18,777 nt of DNA from Pseudomonadota bacterium (GCA_043804515.1 JAZDIZ010000188.1:1-18777); one strand, 5' to 3'. Shown: positions 8,007 to 16,449, counted from the stretch's first letter. Translations and numbers: made by a program. Notes: a model not told the origin generated them from the letters alone.

Positions 8007-9305
8007 TTACGTAATCAGCTTGCGCTCGCGGGCGGCGGCTTCGAGCTCCCCACGGAAGTCGGGATGCGCGACGGAGATCAGCGCTTCGGCCCGCTTCCGG
8101 ATGTTCTTTCCGAACAGATATGCGACGCCGAATTCAGTCACGACATAATGCACGTCGGCCCGGCTTGTAACGACTCCCGCTCCCGGAGTCAATACGGACA
8201 CGATGCGTGACATGGTTCCTTTTTTCGCCGTGGCCTGCACCGCGATGATCGGCTTGCCGCCCTTCGACTGCGCGGCGCCGCGAATGAAGTCCACCTGCCC
8301 GCCGAATCCCGAGTAAATGTACGTGCCGATCGAATCGGAACAAACCTGGCCGGTAAGGTCCACCTCCAAAGCGGAGTTGATCGCCACCATCTTCTCGTGT
8401 TGCGCCACGATGTACGGGTTGTTTGTGTAGTCCGAAGGATGCGCTTCAAACAGCGGGTTGTTGTCCAGATAGTCGTACAGGTGCTTGGTTCCCAGCGCGA
8501 ACGTCAGGACGGCCTTCCCCTGGTGAATCGTCTTTTTTCGCCCCGTGATGATCCCCTTCTCGATCGTCTCCATCACGCCGTCCGAGACCATCTCGGTGTG
8601 AATCCCCAGGTCTCTTTTCCCGTCCAGGAGGTTCAACACGGCATCCGGAATCCCGCCGATCCCCAACTGAAGCGTTGAACCGTCCTCGATCAAAGGCGCT
8701 ATGAATCCTGCGATTTTCTGTTCGATTTCGGAAACGGGGCGTCGCGGGAGCTCGATCAAGGGAAACGAATCCTCCACGATGGCCGTGGCCTGGGAGATAT
8801 GGAAGAAGCAATCCCCCAGGATGCGGGGCATCTGGTCGTTCACAAGAACGATCACAATCTTGGCGTTTTCCACGGCCGATTTGCTGGCCAGCGTTTCGGC
8901 GCCCAAGCTCAGGAATCCGTGTTCGTCCGGCGGGGAAGTCTGGACGATCGTCACGTCCAGCGGGACGAGCCTTTCCTGGAAGAGGCGCGGGATTTGGAAG
9001 AGGAAGACCGGAACGTAGTCCGCGCGCCCCTCGTTCACCGATTTCCGGTCCGCGGAGCCCACGAAAAAGCTGTTGTGGCGGAAATGCCCCCCCAGGGACG
9101 GGTCGCCGAACGGATCATCACCGATCAGAAGGACGTGATTGAGGCGGACGTCCTTAAGTTCGTCTTTGCGTTCCACGAGCGCGCGAAGCACGGGATAGGG
9201 CGTAGCCGCGTTACCGCTGTAATAGATTTGATGGCCGCTTTTCACCAACTTCGAGGCTTCCTGGGCGCTCTTGAGTTTGCTTCGGTACTCCTCCATCCAT
9301 TTCAT
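8007..9305 (-). CDS. Family I CoA-transferase (4-hydroxybutyrate CoA-transferase / acetyl-CoA hydrolase family)
   Basis: GRADYVP, PPDEHGFLSLG, LQLGIGGIP, GIHTEMVSDG (catalytic Glu), INSALEVDLTGQV, SGFGGQVDF and YVVTEFG motifs. A GAGGAG RBS precedes the ATG. Confidence 0.92.
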   Translation of the reverse strand: MKWMEEYRSKLKSAQEASKLVKSGHQIYYSGNAATPYPVLRALVERKDELKDVRLNHVLLIGDDPFGDPSLGGHFRHNSFFVGSADRKSVNEGRADYVPVFLFQIPRLFQERLVPLDVTIVQTSPPDEHGFLSLGAETLASKSAVENAKIVIVLVNDQMPRILGDCFFHISQATAIVEDSFPLIELPRRPVSEIEQKIAGFIAPLIEDGSTLQLGIGGIPDAVLNLLDGKRDLGIHTEMVSDGVMETIEKGIITGRKKTIHQGKAVLTFALGTKHLYDYLDNNPLFEAHPSDYTNNPYIVAQHEKMVAINSALEVDLTGQVCSDSIGTYIYSGFGGQVDFIRGAAQSKGGKPIIAVQATAKKGTMSRIVSVLTPGAGVVTSRADVHYVVTEFGVAYLFGKNIRKRAEALISVAHPDFRGELEAAARERKLIT

Positions 9306-9365
9306 CGAACACTCCTCTTTTTCTCCGTGCCTAAGACTTCCACGAAAACATCCCCCATGATTTCT

Positions 9366-10454
9366 TCACTTCCCTAGCCGGGCCGCCAGTTCGGGAACTT
9401 GGATCTCCCCCTTGTGGATATATGTTCCTTTTCGGATCGCCTCCGACTCGGTCAGGGCCTTCTCAATCCCTTCGCGCGCCACTTGAGCCACATACGGAAA
9501 GGCCTCCCGGCTCAAGACTTTGGACGCCGTGCGAGGGATGCTCGCCGTAAGCGCCGGCACGCAATAATGGACGACGTTGTCCACGGTGAACGTGGGCTGT
9601 GTCAGCGTCGTCGGCCGACTGGTTTCCACGCAGCCCCCTTGGTCGATCGCCACGTCGATGATCACACTTCCCGGCCGCATGGCCGAGACCATCTTCCTCG
9701 TGACCAGATACGGGGTCCGTAGACCGTGCATCCTGACAGCCCCGATGATCACGGCCGATTCCGCCGAGAAGCGGGCCACGTTCCCGGCGTTCGCCACGTA
9801 TTTCTCCACCGCCGCAGGGAGTTCCTCCCGGGCCCGCCGGAGGCACTCTTCGCTCCGGTCCATGATTCTCACTTTCGCCCCGGTCAAGACGAGGTTTCGA
9901 ACCGCCGTCCTTCCCACGGTGCCGGCTCCAAGGACCAAGACCCGCGTGGGGTTTATTCCGGGTACTGCGCCGAGCAGGACTCCGCGGCCGCCGTTCTCCT
10001 GGTGCAGGAGATGGGCGGCGATGTGCACGACCATCTGGCCGGCCAACTCCCCGATGGCGCCCAGAATCGGGGGATGCCCGTTCGCATCCTCGATTGTTTC
10101 GTAGCCGATCGCCGTGATCTTCCGGTCCTGCATCTTGAGAATGAGTTCTTTCGGGGCCACGATCAAATGGTGGAACGCGAAGACCACCTGTCCCGCTTCC
10201 AAAAGCCCGACATCCTCAAGAGAGGGGGCCCGAACCCCCAGAATCACACCGGATCGGCGTAAGGTTTCTTCCCTTTGGTAGACAATCTGGGCACCCGCTT
10301 CCGCGTATTCGCTGTCCTCGAACCTGGCGTCCAAGCCCGCCCCGGTCTGCACGAAGACCCGATGTCCCTTGTCCACGAACTGACGGACGCCGAACGGCGT
10401 CAGCGCCACACGGTGCTCATCGGCCGCCGACTCTTTTACTACGCCGATATCCAT
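9366..10454 (-). CDS. ald: Alanine dehydrogenase-like protein (divergent active site)
   Basis: Colinear with AlaDH: EHRVALTP, YETI, GGRGVLLG, GAGTVG Rossmann motif, DVAIDQGGCVETSRPTT, HYCV. The canonical KVKEP and VANMP motifs read GVRAP and VPALT here, so the substrate is uncertain. GGAGG RBS upstream. Confidence 0.8.
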   Translation of the reverse strand: MDIGVVKESAADEHRVALTPFGVRQFVDKGHRVFVQTGAGLDARFEDSEYAEAGAQIVYQREETLRRSGVILGVRAPSLEDVGLLEAGQVVFAFHHLIVAPKELILKMQDRKITAIGYETIEDANGHPPILGAIGELAGQMVVHIAAHLLHQENGGRGVLLGAVPGINPTRVLVLGAGTVGRTAVRNLVLTGAKVRIMDRSEECLRRAREELPAAVEKYVANAGNVARFSAESAVIIGAVRMHGLRTPYLVTRKMVSAMRPGSVIIDVAIDQGGCVETSRPTTLTQPTFTVDNVVHYCVPALTASIPRTASKVLSREAFPYVAQVAREGIEKALTESEAIRKGTYIHKGEIQVPELAARLGK

Positions 10455-10557
10455 ATCCCGGTCCTCCGTCGGTTCGAATCATTCACGAAAGAAAACCGCT
10501 TCCGCGAATCGGGCGGCAATCTAGTCGTTTCGAGCCAAAATCTCCAACACTTCTCGC

Positions 10558-10896
10558 TCACCCTTTGATCATCACCAGGAGCATCTTGAACGCCTCCTCC
10601 GCGTAGACCGCGTGGCGGACGTTCGCCGGCATGACGATCCCCTCCCCCTCCGAAACGGCATGCTTCTTATCCCCGATTACGATGCCCGCCCGCCCTTTCA
10701 GGACGTAGACAAAAGCGTCATACGGCGCCGTGTGGGCGCTCAGCTCCTCGCCCACGGCAAAGGAGAAAAGCGTGACGTTCCCCGCCGGGGACTTCATCAC
10801 GGCGCGGCTCACAATGGAGTCCGGCGCTTCCTCCACCAGCCCGGCAAGCGAAAACGGCGAATCCAACGTTCTGGTGTCCTCAATCTTCAACGGCAT
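10558..10896 (-). CDS. Small single-domain cupin protein
   Basis: 112 aa with TLFSFAVGEELSAHTAP...VLKG...GEGIVMPANVRHAV cupin motifs. Strong RBS GAAAGGAG. Confidence 0.88.
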   Translation of the reverse strand: MPLKIEDTRTLDSPFSLAGLVEEAPDSIVSRAVMKSPAGNVTLFSFAVGEELSAHTAPYDAFVYVLKGRAGIVIGDKKHAVSEGEGIVMPANVRHAVYAEEAFKMLLVMIKG

Positions 10897-10980
10897 GCTC
10901 GTTCTCCTTTCGGTTTCTGTGGCGGCGGCGGAGTTTACACCGACGACGATGCCGTTTCCGCAGAGATTTTTAAGGGCTTC

Positions 10981-11038
10981 ATTTATTAATAATTACGAAA
11001 TGTTACCAACACATCTTTAATGTATATGTTTACATATT
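10981..11038. promoter_or_regulatory. AT-rich divergent promoter region with palindromes
   Basis: Very AT-rich island between the cupin gene and asnA. Contains TTATTAATAA (10983-10992), TGTT-acc-AACA (11001-11011) and ATATGT-tt-ACATAT (11024-11037). Confidence 0.5.
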
Positions 11039-11194
11039 CGGACCTGGCGCGTCGATCCGATCGGGGAGAAGCGTTCCTTCCATTTCAAGAACGTGGCTCC
11101 GAGAAACTTTACATTGATGGATCGCACCAACACCCCGCCGATACAACGCGACGCCTTCGGCCTCCACGCAGCCCAGGAGTGGAGACCGGTCGAT

Positions 11195-11223
11195 TTGCGT
11201 TCCGCAAACGGGTGAACTAGATT
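11195..11223 (+). promoter_or_regulatory. Candidate sigma70 promoter for asnA
   Basis: TTGCGT-N17-TAGATT, ending about 88 nt upstream of the asnA ATG. An AGGAG RBS precedes the start. Confidence 0.45.
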
Positions 11224-11310
11224 ACGCGCCAATTCAAACGACCGGCGAACGGCTCCGCATGGCCGCGCCGAGGGAAACCACATCAACCGAAGTAACCAGG
11301 AGCGAACAAA

Positions 11311-12441
11311 ATGAGCATGGACAAGAAGGCGGATCTGGCCGGACCGGGAATCAGCACGTACGAAGAGGTCGAGAGAATCCTCCCGACCGAGTACGAATCT
11401 CCGTTGAATCCGAAGGACACGCAAAAGGCCCTCTTCGAAGTGAAGTACTACATCGAAGAGAACCTCTGCAAAGAACTGAACCTCATCATGGTCCAGGTTC
11501 CCCTCATCGTTTCCAAGGAAAGCGGCGTGAACGATTACTTGGACCGGGACGGTTCGCGGACGCCCATCGACTTCCCTTGCGGCCTGGGGATCAAGCCCCG
11601 CATCGACGCACAGGTCGTGCAAGCCGCCACGAAGTGGAAACGGATGGCGCTCAAGCAATTCGGCATGAAAACTGGCGAAGGCCTCTGCACGGACATGAAG
11701 GCCGTCCGGAAGGACTATTTCCTGGATCACGATCACAGCGCTTACGTGGACCAGTGGGATTGGGAAAAGGTTATGACCGCGGACCAGCGGAACCTGAAGT
11801 TCCTGAAAGCCACGGTCGAGGGCATTTGGAAGGTGATCAAAGGGGCCGAAGACCACGTTCAGAAGAAGTTCCCTCAGCTCAGGTCCAAGAAATATCCGGA
11901 CCTGCCGGACGAGCTGACGTTCCTGCACGCGGAGGAAATCCTGGACATGTACCCGACCTTGCCGCGTAAACAGCGCGAGACGGCCATCCTCCAGAAGCAC
12001 CCCGCGGTCTTCATAATCGGAATCGGTTGGACGCTCAAGGACGGTTATCCGCACGAGATGCGGGCCGCCGACTACGACGACTGGGTCACCGAGACGAAGA
12101 CGGAGGACGGCCGCACCATGCACGGCCTGAACGGCGACATCCTGGTGTGGAACCACGTCACCAAACGGCGGCACGAGTTGACGTCGATGGGGATCCGCGT
12201 GACGAAAGAGACGCTCAAGAAGCAGCTGGAACTCACGAACCAGCTGGATTTCCTGAAGCTCCCGTACCATCAGATGATCCTCAATGACCAGATCCCGCTT
12301 TCAATCGGAGGCGGAATCGGCCAATCGCGCACGTACATGGCGATCTTGAAGAAAGCCCACCTGGGTGAAGTGAGCGTCACGATCTGGCCCAAGCAGCTCA
12401 AGGAGATCTGCAAGAAGAAAAACATCCACGTTCTGGAATAG
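11311..12441 (+). CDS. asnA: Aspartate-ammonia ligase (asparagine synthetase A)
   Basis: SGVNDYL, VVQAATKWKR, GEGLCTDMKAVRKD, HSAYVDQWDWEK, HEMRAADYDDW, GLNGDI, ELTSMGIRV, SIGGGIGQSR and HLGEV motifs. Long (376 aa) form. Confidence 0.95.
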   Translation: MSMDKKADLAGPGISTYEEVERILPTEYESPLNPKDTQKALFEVKYYIEENLCKELNLIMVQVPLIVSKESGVNDYLDRDGSRTPIDFPCGLGIKPRIDAQVVQAATKWKRMALKQFGMKTGEGLCTDMKAVRKDYFLDHDHSAYVDQWDWEKVMTADQRNLKFLKATVEGIWKVIKGAEDHVQKKFPQLRSKKYPDLPDELTFLHAEEILDMYPTLPRKQRETAILQKHPAVFIIGIGWTLKDGYPHEMRAADYDDWVTETKTEDGRTMHGLNGDILVWNHVTKRRHELTSMGIRVTKETLKKQLELTNQLDFLKLPYHQMILNDQIPLSIGGGIGQSRTYMAILKKAHLGEVSVTIWPKQLKEICKKKNIHVLE

Positions 12442-12467
12442 TCGCAGAACGCGGTTAGAGTTGTTCG

Positions 12468-12498
12468 AGAACCCCGCCCCCTGGCGGGGTTCTTTTTT
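12468..12498 (+). terminator. Rho-independent terminator of asnA
   Basis: AGAACCCCGCC-ccct-GGCGGGGTTCT is a perfect 11-bp stem followed by a T-run, about 27 nt after the stop. Confidence 0.88.
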
Positions 12499-12573
12499 CT
12501 CCACGGCGCGACGGGGCCAAGCCTGGCCTCGTTGGTGGGTCCAACCATGTGTGCAGGCCGTCGGCTTGTGCAC

Positions 12574-12618
12574 CCCCCACGGCTGCGGCCCGTTAGTCCT
12601 CGCCGCGGGGGACCCCCC
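12574..12618 (-). repeat. Short REP-like palindromic element
   Basis: The minus strand reads GGGGGGT-CCCCCGCGGC-GA-GGAC...GGCC-GCA-GCCGTGGGGG: a 10-bp stem with a GA/GCA internal loop. Only one copy in the window. Confidence 0.4.
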
Positions 12619-13037
12619 AAGCCGCCGGCCAGTAGCTCTTGGGAGGAGCGCCTTTACGCGCTAAGGAGTTTGAATCCGCCGGAAGCCGGGCACAGACCCT
12701 AACACAGGAGATTAAGCGCCCTGGGAGCAAACTCTCAACCCGCAAGCGTTAATCACCGTGGAGTCCTTCGATTCTTCTTCAAGGAATAGAGAACTGAACT
12801 GTCGGGCGTGATTCCGGGCTCACGCGGGTGATGGCCACGATTTCGAATTCGGCGCGTGCGCCTATTTTGTCCCCTTATTTGAAGGAGCTGTTCGCCGAAG
12901 CTTGGGGGGAAAGACTGGACCTCGCGCGCGGATTACCGTCGCCCCAGGCCACCGGCCCTCCTTCCCCCATACGATTCCCAGTCCAGTCTCGCCCCTTGCG
13001 TTGCAAAGAAAACGCTTCGAGCTTTTGAGGCGTTCAG

Positions 13038-13140
13038 GCGGGCCGGGGGGCTGCCGGAGCGGAGATTAAGCGCAGGATCGAGACGCAAGAAAGACGAGGC
13101 GATCCGAGCCACGGAGCGCAGGCAGTCACCTGGCCCGCCC
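13038..13140 (+). repeat. Structured intergenic repeat, copy B (core)
   Basis: Homologous to 7853-7977 but with a shorter, different apex (13081-13098). Weaker similarity extends to about 12998 and to the zwf stop at 13167-13169. Confidence 0.92.
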
Positions 13141-13166
13141 GACTCCCGCCTTTCGAATCAATCGGT

Positions 13167-14705
13167 TTAGAGAGCGCGCCAACGGCGGCCGTCCCGGATC
13201 AAGAGATCGTCAGCCTCCTTGGGTCCCGGCGTGCCCTGCTCGTAAAGCCGCACGGGGAGCCTTCCGTTCCCCTCCCACGCCTCCACGATCGGCGTGATGA
13301 ACTTCCAGGCTTCTTCCACGCCGTCCCGCCGCGCAAAGAGTGTGGCGTCCCCTCGGATGCAATCGAGCAGAAGGCGCTCGTACGCTTCGGAAATAGGTTT
13401 CCCGAACGCTTCGGCATAGTTCATGTTCATGAAGACGTTTCCCACCGACACGTGTTCGCCCGGAACCTTCGCCACGAACCGGAGCGAAACGCCTTCGTTC
13501 GGCTGGATTCGGAGCGCCAGGACGTTCGACTCCACGATCTGGCACGTTTCCTCCTGGCCAAAGAGGGAAAGAGGAACCGGCTGGAATTGGATCGCCACCT
13601 CCGTCACGCGCTGAGAGAGACCCTTCCCGGCCCGGAGATAAAAAGGAATCCCCTGCCAGCGCCAGTTGTCGATCAGGATCTTCATGGCCACGTACGTCGG
13701 CGTCCGGGAGTTCTTCGCAACCCCATCTTCCGAAAGGTAGCCATGGTACTGGCCCATGATGACCTGCTCGGCCGCTTCGTCACCGGCGATCGGCCGGAGG
13801 GCGCGAAAGACCCGCGCCTTTTCGTCTCGGATATCGTCCGCGGAAAGCGTCGACGGAGGCTCCATCGCGCACAACGCCAAGACCTGGAGCAGGTGGTTCT
13901 GGACGACGTCGCGCACGACCCCCGTTTCGTCGTAAAAAGCCCCGCGGTGCCCCACACCCATCGACTCCGCCGCCGTAATCTGGACGTGATCGATGTATTT
14001 CCGGTTCCAGAGGTGCTCGAAGATCGGGTTTCCGAATCGAAACACCAAAATGTTCTGGACCGTCTCTTTGCCGAGATAATGATCGATTCGGAAGACCTGG
14101 CTTTCATCGAACGCCCCGGCCACCAACCGGTTCAGCTCGCAGGCCGACGCGAAATCCCTCCCGAAAGGTTTTTCGATGATTACCCGCGTCCAGGACTCTT
14201 CCCGAGGCCCCCCCACCAGACCGGCACGGACCAGATTGTTCAGAATCACGGGAAAAAGCTCGGGGGGAACGGCCAGATAGAACATGCGGTTTCCCCGCGT
14301 CCCGTGGGACACGTCCGTAGCGGCAAGCTTCGTCTTGAGGGCTTGATAGAGATCGGAACGCTCGAATTCCCCCGCGATGTACTCGAAGTCGGCCGCCAGC
14401 GATTCCCACACCTTCGGATCGATCGGTGTCCTACGGGAAAACTGGTTCGCTGAGGAGAGGAATTTCTTTCGCAGATCCGAGATCTCATGCGGTTTGCGCC
14501 CGACACCCAGGACGAACATCGATTCGGGAAGCGCACGGTCCAGTTTCAGATTGTAGAGCGCGGGCACGAGCTTCCGCGCCGCGAGATCCCCCGTAACGCC
14601 GAAGATGACCAGAACGCAAGGTTCGAGCGTCCGTTCTTTTAGGATCGGAACGCCAGGGATCTCTCGTATCCGGATCCCCGAAGGTGTGTCGGCGCGTATG
14701 ATCAC
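13167..14705 (-). CDS. zwf: Glucose-6-phosphate 1-dehydrogenase
   Basis: IFGVTGDLAARKL, EKPFG, RIDHYLGKE, RDVVQNHLLQ, NWRWQGIPFYLRAGK and AYERLL motifs. The GTG at 14705 overlaps the pgl stop (GTGA) and is preferred to the TTG at 14783. Confidence 0.96.
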   Translation of the reverse strand: MIIRADTPSGIRIREIPGVPILKERTLEPCVLVIFGVTGDLAARKLVPALYNLKLDRALPESMFVLGVGRKPHEISDLRKKFLSSANQFSRRTPIDPKVWESLAADFEYIAGEFERSDLYQALKTKLAATDVSHGTRGNRMFYLAVPPELFPVILNNLVRAGLVGGPREESWTRVIIEKPFGRDFASACELNRLVAGAFDESQVFRIDHYLGKETVQNILVFRFGNPIFEHLWNRKYIDHVQITAAESMGVGHRGAFYDETGVVRDVVQNHLLQVLALCAMEPPSTLSADDIRDEKARVFRALRPIAGDEAAEQVIMGQYHGYLSEDGVAKNSRTPTYVAMKILIDNWRWQGIPFYLRAGKGLSQRVTEVAIQFQPVPLSLFGQEETCQIVESNVLALRIQPNEGVSLRFVAKVPGEHVSVGNVFMNMNYAEAFGKPISEAYERLLLDCIRGDATLFARRDGVEEAWKFITPIVEAWEGNGRLPVRLYEQGTPGPKEADDLLIRDGRRWRAL

Positions 14706-15472
14706 TTGGAGCCTTCCAGGCCGAAGGCCTCGGTTGGTGGGGTGAGGAGGGATGCCGCGGCCCGATCCGCGAGCCAAAGGCACGTTCCGCCCTTGCGCCC
14801 GATTTTCTGGGCCGGGTATTTCGCGGGGTCCGAGGGGCCTTCCAGCACCGCTTGAAGCGTCTCCGCCTTGTTGCTTCCCGCCACCAAAAACAGAACCCGT
14901 TCCGCTGCGTTGAAAACCGGAACGGTCATCGTAAGCCGTGTGGCGCGAAGAAGCGGCACTGGGTTGGCGACCACCCAGCGCGTCCGCTCATCCAGGGCGC
15001 GGGTTCCCGGAAACAACGACGCCGTGTGCCCGTCCGGGCCAAGACCCAGCAGAATGAGATCGAACACTGGGGAACCCTCCCCCACCTTCAGGTCGAACCA
15101 CTTCGCGATTTCCTCCTCGTATTCCCGGGCCGCCAGATCCTTGTCCTCGCGCTCTCCCCTCATCCGATGCACCCGCGCCTTCGCAACGCCCAAAGGCTCC
15201 AACAACGTTTCGTTCGCCATCCGGAAATTGGAATCGGGATGATCGGGTCCGACCGGGCGCTCATCTCCGAAGAAGAATTCCACCGCATCCCAACTGACCC
15301 TTTTGCGTCCGGGCCCCGTCGAAAGCAGCTCGTGCGTCCGCCGGGGCGTCACTCCCCCCGAAAGGACCAGGCTCGCTTTTCCGCGCGCGGAAACAGCCGA
15401 CTGAAGCACATCGCAGACCTCTTCCGCGGCGGCGCGGCTGAGAGCTTCGGGATCGGAAAAGACGCGGATCAT
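14702..15472 (-). CDS. pgl: 6-phosphogluconolactonase
   Basis: LSGGVTP, FFGDER.V...[24 protein letters not shown] and RLTMT motifs. The likely start is the ATG at 15472 (MIRVFSDPE), overlapping the gnd stop (ATGA). Confidence 0.94.
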   Translation of the reverse strand: MIRVFSDPEALSRAAAEEVCDVLQSAVSARGKASLVLSGGVTPRRTHELLSTGPGRKRVSWDAVEFFFGDERPVGPDHPDSNFRMANETLLEPLGVAKARVHRMRGEREDKDLAAREYEEEIAKWFDLKVGEGSPVFDLILLGLGPDGHTASLFPGTRALDERTRWVVANPVPLLRATRLTMTVPVFNAAERVLFLVAGSNKAETLQAVLEGPSDPAKYPAQKIGRKGGTCLWLADRAAASLLTPPTEAFGLEGSK

Positions 15473-16449
15473 TTTTTCCCCGGTTCCACGTGTCCGCCGA
15501 ATTTTTTCCGCATCGCCGAAAGCACCTTCTCGGCAAATGTGTGCTGGCGGCGTGAACGGAAACGGGCGTAGAGCGATGAGGAGATCACGTCGGCCGGGAC
15601 GGCTTCCTCGATCGCGGCGGCCACGGTCCAGCGGCCTTCGCCCGAGTCTTCCACGATCCCTTCGTAATCGGAGAGTGCGGGGTCCTCCGCTAGTGCCTCC
15701 GCCGCCAGGTCTAGGAGCCAGGAACTCACGATGCTCCCCCGGCGCCAGACCTCGGCGATGTCCCCAAGAGGGAACTCGTAGCGAAGTTCCTTGGGAAGCC
15801 GTTCCGAATCGGCGTTCTTCAGGATGTCGAAGCCCTCGGCATAGGCCTGCATCAGGCCGTATTCGATCCCGTTGTGGATCATCTTGACGAAATGCCCCGC
15901 CCCCACGGGCCCGCAATGGAGATACCCTTCCTCAGCGGAGTCCGCCTTCTTCCTTCGGCCCTGCGTCGGAGCGATTCCGCCTCGTCCCGGCGAGAGCGTT
16001 TTGAAGATCGGATCCAACCGGCGGACGGTGTCCGCGTCGCCTCCGATCATGAGGCAGTAACCCCGCTCCAGCCCCCAGACTCCGCCGCTGGTCCCGACAT
16101 CCGCATACCGGACACCTTTCGGTTCCAGAGAGCCCGCGCGACGCACATCGTCTTTGTAAAAGGAGTTCCCGCCGTCGACCAGAACGTCATCATTTTCCAG
16201 GAGATCCGTCAGATTCGAAACCGTTTGTTCGGTAGCCGCCCCGGCAGGGACCATCATCCACACGACGCGAGGCTTATAGAGCTTCGCCACCAGCTCCTTG
16301 AGAGAATTGGACGGAACCGCATTTTCCCCGGCCATCCGGGCGACCTGCTCGGGATTTGCGTCATAGACAACGCATTGGTGCCCGCCGCGATGGAGGCGCC
16401 TCACCATATTGGCGCCCATCCTGCCGAGTCCGACAAAACCGATCTGCAT
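15469..16449 (-). CDS. gnd: Decarboxylating 6-phosphogluconate dehydrogenase, short (YqeC-like) form
   Basis: [48 protein letters not shown] and MRKKFGGH motifs. 326 aa. AGAAAGGA RBS. Confidence 0.95.
   Translation of the reverse strand: MQIGFVGLGRMGANMVRRLHRGGHQCVVYDANPEQVARMAGENAVPSNSLKELVAKLYKPRVVWMMVPAGAATEQTVSNLTDLLENDDVLVDGGNSFYKDDVRRAGSLEPKGVRYADVGTSGGVWGLERGYCLMIGGDADTVRRLDPIFKTLSPGRGGIAPTQGRRKKADSAEEGYLHCGPVGAGHFVKMIHNGIEYGLMQAYAEGFDILKNADSERLPKELRYEFPLGDIAEVWRRGSIVSSWLLDLAAEALAEDPALSDYEGIVEDSGEGRWTVAAAIEEAVPADVISSSLYARFRSRRQHTFAEKVLSAMRKKFGGHVEPGKK

Noticed and set aside
7853..8009. Repeat as integron attC site, CRISPR repeat or complete IS
   Set aside because: The stop-codon junction reads TAAAC, not RYYYAAC, and there is no matching GTTRRRY. 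The two copies are 5 kb apart with no spacer array. There is no transposase and no clear terminal inverted repeats.
10472..10490. Possible Rex box (TCGTGAATGATTCGAA on minus) upstream of ald
   Set aside because: Only one half-site resembles TTGTGAA-N4-TTCACAA.
10935..10982. 15-aa minus-strand uORF MKPLKISAETASSSV upstream of the cupin gene as an attenuator leader
   Set aside because: No RBS and no terminator/antiterminator pair. The Ser run alone is insufficient.
12500..13030. RNase P, tmRNA, SRP RNA, tRNA or cobalamin riboswitch in the asnA-zwf gap
   Set aside because: I found none of their hallmark conserved sequences on either strand by eye.
14706..15916. N-terminal extensions of zwf (from 14783) and pgl (from 15916)
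   Set aside because: They overlap the upstream genes. Starts at 14705 and 15472 give standard 4-bp overlaps and family-typical N-termini.
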